NCBI GenBank assembly: GCA_964563085.1
Contig: CAZLVS010000002.1
Span: 62 to 64,061, forward strand
Direction: 5' to 3'
DNA from: an uncultured Ignavibacteria bacterium
GTDB lineage: Bacteria > Zixibacteria > MSB-5A5 > UM-FILTER-46-8
Length of the DNA stretch: 64,000 nt
Numbering within the stretch: the stretch's first letter is position 1; every line of letters begins with the position of its first letter. Position numbers and translations under genes: made by a program. This document shows positions 18,456 to 26,321 of this stretch, in pieces. A model generated the notes under the pieces. It saw only the letters and a list, made by a program, of their open reading frames with translations. It was not told the DNA's origin and did not search any database.

Positions 18456-19303
18456 AAAAGAAGGCATTGGGTAGAGGCTTAAGCGCTTTAATCCCTGAAC
18501 GTATAGAAGAAATAGATGAGAGTAATCCGACAACTCAGCTTCTGGAAGTACCTATCGATAGAATAAAAGAGAATCCGGATCAGCCCCGAAAGGATTTCGA
18601 CCAGGAATCTCTTAAGGAGTTAGCGATATCGATAAAGAGATCCGGATTGATTCAACCGATAATAATCAGGCGGAAGGATGACGATTTTGAAATTATAGCC
18701 GGCGAACGAAGACTGAAGGCTTCGAAGATCGCCGGTTTGGAGACTGTTAAAGCTATTTTAGCGGAAAACCTGACTCCGGCGAAGAGAATGGAGATCGCAT
18801 TGATAGAAAATCTGCAGCGAACCGACCTCAATCCGATCGAAACCGCGGCGGGAATACGGGAATTGATGACCAGAAGCGAGCTTACCCAGGAGCAAGTTGC
18901 CGAGAATATCGGGAAAGAGCGCAGCACGGTTGCTAACTTACTAAGACTATTATCTTTGCCCGATGAGATTCAGGACGATCTCCGAAGCGGCGTTTTGAGC
19001 GCCGGACATGGACGGATTTTAGCCGGTATTGAGAATGAGGAAGCGCGAAAGAAGTATTGGAAAAAAACGGTCAAAGAAAATTGGTCGGTGCGTAAACTGG
19101 AGAACGGCGTAAAAGGTATCGCTCGACGCAAACCGAAAAAGGAGATTCCCGGTTTCTCAAGTCCATATAGGGACGCTGAGGATTATTTGCGAAGTCATTT
19201 GGGTACTAAGGTTAGAATAGCTAAAGCCGGGAAAAAAGGGAAAATCGAGATAGAATTTTACGACAACGATCAGCTCAACGGTATACTTGACAAAATAGGA
19301 TGA
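18452..19303 (+). CDS. parB: ParB/Spo0J partition protein
   Basis: LGRGL, NPDQPRK, AGERR, ENLQR motifs and HTH; coupled to parA. Confidence 0.97.
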   Translation: MKKKALGRGLSALIPERIEEIDESNPTTQLLEVPIDRIKENPDQPRKDFDQESLKELAISIKRSGLIQPIIIRRKDDDFEIIAGERRLKASKIAGLETVKAILAENLTPAKRMEIALIENLQRTDLNPIETAAGIRELMTRSELTQEQVAENIGKERSTVANLLRLLSLPDEIQDDLRSGVLSAGHGRILAGIENEEARKKYWKKTVKENWSVRKLENGVKGIARRKPKKEIPGFSSPYRDAEDYLRSHLGTKVRIAKAGKKGKIEIEFYDNDQLNGILDKIG

Positions 19304-19321
19304 TAATTTCCAAGCAGAGAT

Positions 19322-20074
19322 ATGAGTAAAGCGAAATACTATTCAATTGTTTTCGTCCCCGACGAAAGCGGTAATCCTAAGACGATCAAATTTCGCAGGT
19401 TCTGGTTTAAGTTCCTCATTTATCTTATAGTTGTTGGGATTGTCGCATTGGTTATCGCCGCCTTTTTTTACGGCCGGTTGGTTAGTGAAGCTATGGAGGC
19501 GAAAGGATTAAGGACAGAAAATGAGGCATTGATGGAGCAGCATACCGAGTATCTGCTTCTTAAGCAGGAGTTAGAAAAAAACAGGGAGATCGTTTCCAGA
19601 ATAAAGATGCTGGCGGGAATCGACACTATGGATGTCAGTGATTCGCTTAATGCGGATTCCACGATTTTAGCAGAGATTGCCAGTAATCATATTAACACTC
19701 AGATCCCATACGGTTATCCGCTTCGCGGATTTATCAGCAAACGTTTTACCGAATTCGGATTATTCGGGGAGAAGCATTTGGGATTGGACATTACCTGCCC
19801 CGAGGAAACGTTCGTGCACAGCACGGCTGATGGAGTTGTGGAGTTCGTGGGATGGGATGACTATTTCGGAAATCTAATAAGAATTAACCATCAGAATGGA
19901 TACGAGTCGGTCTATGCCCATAATAAGGAATCGCGTGTTGAGGAGGGCGAAAAAGTTAAGCGCGGCGATGTAATCGCGCTCTCGGGAAACAGCGGTATAT
20001 CGAGTGGACCTCATCTTCATTACGAAGTTCTCAAAAACGGCAAACCGCTTGACCCGGAACGATTTTTAGAATAG
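19322..20074 (+). CDS. M23 family peptidase
   Basis: TM and coiled coil, then HLGLD, YAH and GPHLHYE motifs. Confidence 0.92.
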   Translation: MSKAKYYSIVFVPDESGNPKTIKFRRFWFKFLIYLIVVGIVALVIAAFFYGRLVSEAMEAKGLRTENEALMEQHTEYLLLKQELEKNREIVSRIKMLAGIDTMDVSDSLNADSTILAEIASNHINTQIPYGYPLRGFISKRFTEFGLFGEKHLGLDITCPEETFVHSTADGVVEFVGWDDYFGNLIRINHQNGYESVYAHNKESRVEEGEKVKRGDVIALSGNSGISSGPHLHYEVLKNGKPLDPERFLE

Positions 20075-20089
20075 GATTTACGCAAAATA

Positions 20090-20488
20090 ATGTTTAACCG
20101 GAGAGATAAATCTATGAAGGAATCGGATTCTTTAAATACAATAATCGGTAAGGGTTCAACTATTTCGGGCAACCTGGATGTTCAGGGCAGCTTGCGGGTT
20201 GACGGCGCCATAAAAGGCGAGGTGAAATGCTCGGATTTGTTAACCGTAGGCCCTACCGGTTTGATTGAGGGGGAGGTAATGGTTAAGGAGTTGATGCTGG
20301 GCGGTAGAGTAACAGGCAATATAAAATCGGAGGAAAAAATAGAGCTTAAGAATAAATCTGTTGTTGACGGAGACATAAGAACCAAGAGTTTACTGGTCGA
20401 GCCTGGCGCAAAATTCAACGGAAATTGTAATATGGGGCAAGAGGTTACAAGCAAGCCAGCCGAAACCAAGAAAAAAAATGAACATTGA
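20090..20488 (+). CDS. bactofilin (polymer-forming cytoskeletal protein)
   Basis: TIIG.G...G...LRVDG...G...GAKFNGNC beta-helix pattern; typical M23-bactofilin pairing. Confidence 0.92.
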   Translation: MFNRRDKSMKESDSLNTIIGKGSTISGNLDVQGSLRVDGAIKGEVKCSDLLTVGPTGLIEGEVMVKELMLGGRVTGNIKSEEKIELKNKSVVDGDIRTKSLLVEPGAKFNGNCNMGQEVTSKPAETKKKNEH

Positions 20489-20587
20489 TGTTGACAACTT
20501 ATTAAAAAGTGTGGAAATGTGCCTAATATGTTGAATATTATTGGATTATGCCCTAATATAGTCCTAACAGAATGCCAGTTATCCACA
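20489..20587. promoter_or_regulatory. DnaA-box cluster candidate
   Basis: Perfect TTATCCACA at 20579-20587; degenerate reverse boxes at 20489, 20510 and 20529 in AT-rich DNA. Confidence 0.45.
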
Positions 20588-20588
20588 A

Positions 20589-21290
20589 TTGGAGAAAAAT
20601 GTGGTTGCAGCTAAGTTAGCAAATGGCGGAGTTATAGTTCTGGTTATCGGGCTCCTGCTCCTGTTGCTGCAGCTTTATCGTTCTTTTTCCAAAATGCGCG
20701 GGAAAAAAGAAGATGCTCCGAAATTCAGGTCAAAATTCGCCAATTTTGTGGATGTGGTGATAATTTTTATAGGCGGGATTTTAATTATCTTCTCTCAACT
20801 TATTTTTTGGCTGTCTGCTAACATGCGATATCATATTCCCTGTGCTGACAATCAAATCCTGGGTACGATTATGACTTACAGCCATGATGAAACCTACCCT
20901 CAGTTAGGTTTTCAATATACTCCGGAAGGTAATAATGAGCAAAACCAACCATTTCGGTTTGAGTTGAGTGGTTACAAATGGAGCGTGTCGGGTGAAGTGG
21001 TTGAATGGCCTGAATGGACGTCGATCTTTGATATTGATAGGTCCTGCAAGATTAATTCAATTAATAGCTCCGGGTTTACCGAACAGGATTCGGTGAGGAT
21101 GAGCGGGGTGAATATCTACTCTATCGGGGGTGGAAAATCAAAAATTTTCGACCGTTATGAGGATTTCGGAGTATTATTCTTTGGGATTAAAGTGAAACCG
21201 GTAGTTTCGGATACCATTTCATTCTATCCCGAACGCAGCTACGACATATTGGCAGATTCGACAGGTTTAATCTTGAAGAAACCAGATTGA
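20589..21290 (+). CDS. hypothetical membrane protein (2 TM plus extracytoplasmic domain)
   Basis: 233-aa ORF in operon orientation with two hydrophobic segments. Confidence 0.7.
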   Translation: MEKNVVAAKLANGGVIVLVIGLLLLLLQLYRSFSKMRGKKEDAPKFRSKFANFVDVVIIFIGGILIIFSQLIFWLSANMRYHIPCADNQILGTIMTYSHDETYPQLGFQYTPEGNNEQNQPFRFELSGYKWSVSGEVVEWPEWTSIFDIDRSCKINSINSSGFTEQDSVRMSGVNIYSIGGGKSKIFDRYEDFGVLFFGIKVKPVVSDTISFYPERSYDILADSTGLILKKPD

Positions 21291-21436
21291 TAAAATCGGT
21301 CGATTATAAATTACCGGAAACAAATGCATAACTGGCGCCGGTTTTACCTGCCTACGGCTTTTTAAATTTGATGTTGACTCGAGATGAGAAATTCGGAATG
21401 CTCTCATTTCGAAAATAAATTACAACTGGAGATGAA

Positions 21437-22432
21437 ATGACTGAAGAAAAAAAAGGCGACATACAAGCGGCACAAGAACTTAAAGAAGGTTTTGAGAAGA
21501 TCAGAAAAGAGATTGGCAAAGTAATAGTCGGCCAGTCCGATGTGGTGGAAAAGCTCCTGATCGGGGTGCTTGCTAAAGGACATTGCTTGTTGATCGGGGT
21601 TCCGGGACTGGCGAAAACGATGTTGATCAGCACGCTGGCCGAGGTCCTTGATTTGAAATTTTCTCGAATTCAGTTTACGCCGGATTTGATGCCATCGGAT
21701 ATTACCGGTACTGAAATACTGGAGCAAAATGTTTCCACCGGCGCCAGAGAGTTTAAATTCATCAAGGGTCCGATATTCGGCAACATAGTCCTGGCCGATG
21801 AGATAAACAGAACTCCTCCCAAAACCCAAGCGGCTTTGCTGCAGGCGATGCAGGAATATAATGTCAGCGCCGGGAACGAAACTTTCCCCCTCGAAGCTCC
21901 ATTTTTCGTACTCGCTACTCAGAATCCAATAGAACTGGAAGGAACTTATCCGCTGCCTGAAGCCCAATTGGATCGATTTATGTTCAATATTTACATTGAT
22001 TACCCGTCCGAGGCGGAAGAACAGGAGATAGTGAGAACCACAACATCGGCTTATACCGCAGAGCTGGAAAAAGTTTTCGATGCCGATTCGCTGATAAAGC
22101 TGCAGAGTTTGATTAGAAAAGTGCCTGTCTCCGATAAGGTTGTGGAGTATGCGGTTAAATTGGCGAGGAAAACCAGGCCCACCGAAGATGCCCAGGATTA
22201 CATTAAGAATTGGGTAACCTGGGGCGCCGGACCAAGAGCATCGCAATACCTTATACTCGGCGCAAAAACCCGATGCTTGCTGTATGGAAGACCTACGCCG
22301 TCGGTTGAAGACGTCAGGGAAGTCGCCGAATCGGTTCTGCGGCATAGAATAGTCACCTCTTTCAATGCCGAAGCGGAAGGAGTCGGGGTAACAGATATTA
22401 TCGAGAAACTGCTGGCAAATACCTCGGATTAA
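21437..22432 (+). CDS. MoxR family AAA+ ATPase
   Basis: GVPGLAKT, RIQFTPDLMPSD, LADEINR and ATQNPIE.EGTYPLPEAQLDRF motifs. Confidence 0.95.
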   Translation: MTEEKKGDIQAAQELKEGFEKIRKEIGKVIVGQSDVVEKLLIGVLAKGHCLLIGVPGLAKTMLISTLAEVLDLKFSRIQFTPDLMPSDITGTEILEQNVSTGAREFKFIKGPIFGNIVLADEINRTPPKTQAALLQAMQEYNVSAGNETFPLEAPFFVLATQNPIELEGTYPLPEAQLDRFMFNIYIDYPSEAEEQEIVRTTTSAYTAELEKVFDADSLIKLQSLIRKVPVSDKVVEYAVKLARKTRPTEDAQDYIKNWVTWGAGPRASQYLILGAKTRCLLYGRPTPSVEDVREVAESVLRHRIVTSFNAEAEGVGVTDIIEKLLANTSD

Positions 22433-22539
22433 ATCGGTCAAGATATGGTCTGAATCGTATCAGATTCTTTGCACTAAAAGCAAGGGGGCGAAGCGGAGCG
22501 ATTCCTCCCGAGCTTCGTGCGCGGTTTTCGTCCCCGCAA

Positions 22540-22704
22540 TAGCCTGTATTATTCATAAACTTCGTTATCAGCAGCGGAAGCCTTGCGCTTCCGGCGTCTT
22601 TTTGAAACCCTCAATTCCAGTCTGTATATGATCTACTTCAATTAAGCTCCCGAAGGACAAGCCTTCGGCTACGAATAAATTCTTTTCACGAATTATCCGA
22701 AATA
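22540..22704 (+). mobile_element. 165-bp MITE-like repeat, copy 3
   Basis: Same architecture; lies between convergent genes. Confidence 0.85.
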
Positions 22705-22890
22705 GGCGGGCAGTTGGGGGGATCGCCTGACACGGCTTCCGCAGCAATGCAAATTTTCTTTTTGGGAGGGGGGCTTCACGCCCATGCGTGAAGCCGAGGT
22801 GCGTTATTTTATTGTGGGGTGAGCCTTCCCGCCTGTAGCGGGCTAATCATTCCACCTGCACGGATTGGACAGAATGAGTGGAAGTTCGGC

Positions 22891-25278
22891 CTATTTAAAG
22901 CTGAATTCAATCCCTCCATAAACCAGGCGACCATACACAGGGGCATACATAAATGCGGCGTCATCAGTGTGTTTTTCCTTCTGAACATAGTCAGATAGGT
23001 TTTCCGCGCGGACATATACTTCGAGATTGTCCGTCAGGTTTCTTGAGACTTTAGCATTGAAAATCATAAACGCTTCGGTCCATTTTATCTTGGAGTTATC
23101 AGGATTGTCTTCCGAGTAATAGTCGATATACATATGTCCCTTGTAATCACCCCTAAAAACAAATTTCCAGGTTTTGGGCTTATAACTTATCTTGAATCCT
23201 CCCTCAAATGCGGGATACCTGGAGATTTTCTTACTCACTTCCTCATAAGGCGAGCCAACCCAATCATCCCTTACTCGCTCATATTCCGCATGATTATGTG
23301 CGGCGTTTACTGCTAAAGCCAGGGAGGAAGTGACGGCAAATTGACTGCTGAACTCCACGCCCATCACTGCCGCATCATCTATGTTTTTCCATTGGTAATC
23401 GTAACCGAGATTTTTAATCCTGGAGCCATCCTCCGCTTCGGTGAAATCTATGGCATCGCGCAGCTCTGTTCGGTATAAGTTTAGTGTTAATCCAAATGAA
23501 CTCTTGGTATAATCCATTGTCAGACTATAGCTAATAGACCTTTCGGGCACCAAATCGCTCCCCCTGTAAACTCGAGGGGAACCGCTGCACAAATGGAGAT
23601 CTTCAGAGAATCCATGTGGAACTCGATATCCGGTTCCGATACTTCCTCTCAGAGTTAAATCTTCGTTAGCACTCAGCTTAATCGCAAATCTCGGATTTAA
23701 TGTAGAGTTGTCATACTTAGTCGGTTCTACACCCTCAGGATACACATTTCCGGAACCATGGAAATCGTCTTCGGACCGGTGGTAATCGTAACGAAGACCT
23801 GCGGTTAATTCGATATTTGAGCTTACATTGAACTCGTCCTGTACGTATAAGCCAACTTCATTCGCGGTTTTATCACTGAACGATGTGTAGGCTTCTCCTG
23901 AATCGAAATCGACATACTTCCCTGATTCTCCGAGCTTGTTGTGTGAAAATTGAGCTCCAGTTAGGAAGCGATGAGAATTACCGACAGGTTGAATGTAATG
24001 AATGTTTGCCACATATAGATCTTCGTCTGCAAGATAAGGCCTTAAAACATCCACCGGAGGAGGCTCTTCATTGGCTTCGAGATAATCCCCGAGGAAGGTG
24101 TCATTGGTTGCGTTCCTTTTATGCCGCACATAGGATAGCTCCAGGTTTACCTCGTTTCCGGCAGGAAACATCTTCCAATAATCGATTGCCATGGAGTACC
24201 TATCCGTTATTATCCGTTCGCTTCCTGCCGAAAAAGGATTCTCATAACTGTTGTCAGCTAACTCTCCTCCTTGCCGAAGCTCGTTTAAAATCCTTCCCCT
24301 AAGCGCCAATTCATCCGAATGCGTGATGTCTTCAATGAAAAGATTGAAACCGGCAGTTTTGTTATTGGTTTTAACTCGATCGGTCAGTCCGTCAGTGTGC
24401 TTTACCTCGTCGGCTCCATATCCATCACGTGTTTCATCGATAGCATCTCCAACATTTTGCTGAGCGAAGAAGAATACCCCGATATTGTCTTTTCTGTTCC
24501 CCGCTGCCGCCTTGTAGCGATTGGTTCCGTGCTCGCCGATTTCCACCCCGATAGTCCCTTTGGTTGAATACGGCCTTTCGGTTATGACATTAATAGCTCC
24601 GGCGATTGCGTTGCTGCCATAAAGGGCTGACCCGGCGCCTTTGACTACTTCTATCTGGCTAACATCGGCAGTTCCTATTTGCTGAAGTCCATAAACTGCA
24701 GCCAACCCGGAATAAACCGGTTGCCCATCCATCAATATTTGAGTATGGTCCGCTCCCAAGCCCTGCATTCGCAAAACACTAAAGTTGCAGTTTTGGCATT
24801 GTTGCTCCACCCTTATTCCGGCTGTTCCATCTAACGCTTCGTAAATGTTATCGGCTCCTTTATCGTCAATGTCTCTTTTAGTGATTACTTCGGTGTAGAC
24901 CGGGACCTGCTTGATATAACGCGGAGTTCTCGTTCCGGTAACTACTACCCCTTCCAGTTCAAGCGGAGTTTCCGTCAAACCTATCTCGACTTTGGCGGTT
25001 CTCCCATATTCCACTTCTACTGACTTGTGCACAGCTTTGTAACCGATCTGGCTTACAACAATATCATGTTTTCCAAGCGGCGCATCTTTTATTATGAAGT
25101 TTCCGTCCTTATCGGTTCCAGCGCCGATATTTGTGCCCTCAATTATCACACTTGCCCAGGGTATTACCTCCGAAGTTTTTGAATTATAGACAGTTCCTTC
25201 AATTGCTCCGCCAACGCCCAAAGCCAATTCGTATATAAGTAACCAGCAAATACATATAATAATCACATGCATTTTCAT
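22891..25278 (-). CDS. TonB-dependent receptor with N-terminal carboxypeptidase-regulatory-like domain
   Basis: Signal peptide, VVVTGTRT TonB-box region, plug motif IEVVKGAGSALYGSNAIAGAIN, ENL.D, aromatic C-terminus; CQNC in the plug. Confidence 0.93.
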   Translation of the reverse strand: MKMHVIIICICWLLIYELALGVGGAIEGTVYNSKTSEVIPWASVIIEGTNIGAGTDKDGNFIIKDAPLGKHDIVVSQIGYKAVHKSVEVEYGRTAKVEIGLTETPLELEGVVVTGTRTPRYIKQVPVYTEVITKRDIDDKGADNIYEALDGTAGIRVEQQCQNCNFSVLRMQGLGADHTQILMDGQPVYSGLAAVYGLQQIGTADVSQIEVVKGAGSALYGSNAIAGAINVITERPYSTKGTIGVEIGEHGTNRYKAAAGNRKDNIGVFFFAQQNVGDAIDETRDGYGADEVKHTDGLTDRVKTNNKTAGFNLFIEDITHSDELALRGRILNELRQGGELADNSYENPFSAGSERIITDRYSMAIDYWKMFPAGNEVNLELSYVRHKRNATNDTFLGDYLEANEEPPPVDVLRPYLADEDLYVANIHYIQPVGNSHRFLTGAQFSHNKLGESGKYVDFDSGEAYTSFSDKTANEVGLYVQDEFNVSSNIELTAGLRYDYHRSEDDFHGSGNVYPEGVEPTKYDNSTLNPRFAIKLSANEDLTLRGSIGTGYRVPHGFSEDLHLCSGSPRVYRGSDLVPERSISYSLTMDYTKSSFGLTLNLYRTELRDAIDFTEAEDGSRIKNLGYDYQWKNIDDAAVMGVEFSSQFAVTSSLALAVNAAHNHAEYERVRDDWVGSPYEEVSKKISRYPAFEGGFKISYKPKTWKFVFRGDYKGHMYIDYYSEDNPDNSKIKWTEAFMIFNAKVSRNLTDNLEVYVRAENLSDYVQKEKHTDDAAFMYAPVYGRLVYGGIEFSFK

Positions 25279-25365
25279 TATTCACTCCTTCTGTAAAAAT
25301 CCTCAGCTAATCTGCTAAGTAGTTATAATTAATGATAAAGTTGAATTTGTTTATACTGAAACGAT

Positions 25366-25740
25366 TTAAGAAGGGGGAGCACGGTTTGAATAGTTGTAGA
25401 ATGCGCCAAATTCCAGAGGGAAAACATTCCGAAATATCGCATTATATTTCGATGGAAATAATCCCCATAAAACAATCAGGCTCCATATTATTATGATTTT
25501 TAATAATTTAAGTACAGCATTATAGAACTGGAATTCGAAATTGGTATGCGAATGGTTTGACGAGTCCGGATGCTTTGCCGGATATTCAGAGAATAGATGA
25601 CTGTGTACAATGATTTTACCATCTTCGAGGGTATGAAGATGCATTGTACTGAAAATAGTTATTAAGAATCCTGAGAATAGAACAAGGATGATTCCCGAGA
25701 GTATATTTTGATATTTTCGTGTCAATGTCAAAGATGTCAT
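25366..25740 (-). CDS. His-rich two-TM leader protein ending in RAPP (DUF2946-like)
   Basis: TM1, HLH..DG.IIVHSH...H...HSH, TM2, then C-terminal NRAPPS*. Confidence 0.75.
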   Translation of the reverse strand: MTSLTLTRKYQNILSGIILVLFSGFLITIFSTMHLHTLEDGKIIVHSHLFSEYPAKHPDSSNHSHTNFEFQFYNAVLKLLKIIIIWSLIVLWGLFPSKYNAIFRNVFPLEFGAFYNYSNRAPPS

Positions 25741-25760
25741 TATTTACCAAATCCCAATGA

Positions 25761-25820
25761 TTAGGTCTCCCTAATTTTGTTATGGGTGCCTAAATTATTA
25801 TACCGACCACTTATTGTCAA
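25761..25820 (-). promoter_or_regulatory. promoter TTGACA-N17-TAATTT with two TTAGG-N4-CCTAA (DtxR/MntR-type) boxes
   Basis: TTAGGTCTCCCTAA at 25761-25774 and TTATGGGTGCCTAA at 25780-25793; -35 at 25815-25820 and -10 at 25792-25797 on the minus strand. Confidence 0.6.
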
Positions 25821-25874
25821 GAACTTTGTGAAATATTTCGCAATTTTTTTATTGACGTATGCTATGAGATGTGA

Positions 25875-26040
25875 GATGAAAAGGTAAGAGACCTGTATTC
25901 GGATGCGGGGCGCCCCTGTTCGGCTCCTTTGATGCTGTTCAAGATGATGTTGATAGGATATCTGTACGGGATTCGTTCGGAGCGCAGGTTGGAGCAGGAG
26001 ATAAAGGAAAATATAGGTTACCGCTGGTTTTTAGGGATTA
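25875..26040 (+). pseudogene. IS1182/IS5-type transposase N-terminal fragment (DUF772-like)
   Basis: DEKVRDLYSDAGRP..PLMLFKMMLIGYLYGIRSERRLEQEIKENIGYRWFLG; no DDE domain follows. Confidence 0.85.
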
Positions 26041-26157
26041 GCAGCGTAGCCAAGGCTGTACCCCTGTCAGCCTCATGCTGGTTGACTATGCCATCCTCGC
26101 AACAAGTGCGCTGTCGGGTCGCCGCGCCGGAACTGCCTAAAATGTTGAAATTGCGCC

Positions 26158-26321
26158 TAACCTGCATTATTCATAAATCCTATCACCGGTAGCGGAAGCC
26201 TTGCGCTTCCGGCGTCTTTTTGAAACCCTCAATTCCAGTCTGTATATGATCTACTTCTATTAAACTCTCGAAGGACAAGCCATCGGCTGCGGATGATGAG
26301 ATTTATGGATAATCCAGGCTA
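26158..26321 (+). mobile_element. 164-bp MITE-like repeat, copy 4
   Basis: Same architecture; terminal CTA coincides with the TAG stop of the PP2C gene. Confidence 0.85.

Noticed and set aside
17461-20600. parS site near parAB
   Set aside because: No TGTTTCACGTGAAACA-like palindrome found by eye
21404-22441. 345-aa antisense ORF over moxR, and similar shadow ORFs over thiD, the P-ATPase and others
   Set aside because: They mirror well-supported conserved genes and show no motifs or RBS of their own
22705-22890. Structured ncRNA or riboswitch beside the TBDT
   Set aside because: It lies 3' of both flanking genes; hairpins are present but no recognizable cobalamin or other riboswitch core
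25929-26192. 87-aa ORF as a functional transposase
   Set aside because: Similarity ends after about 37 codons and the frame runs into the MITE; no DDE domain
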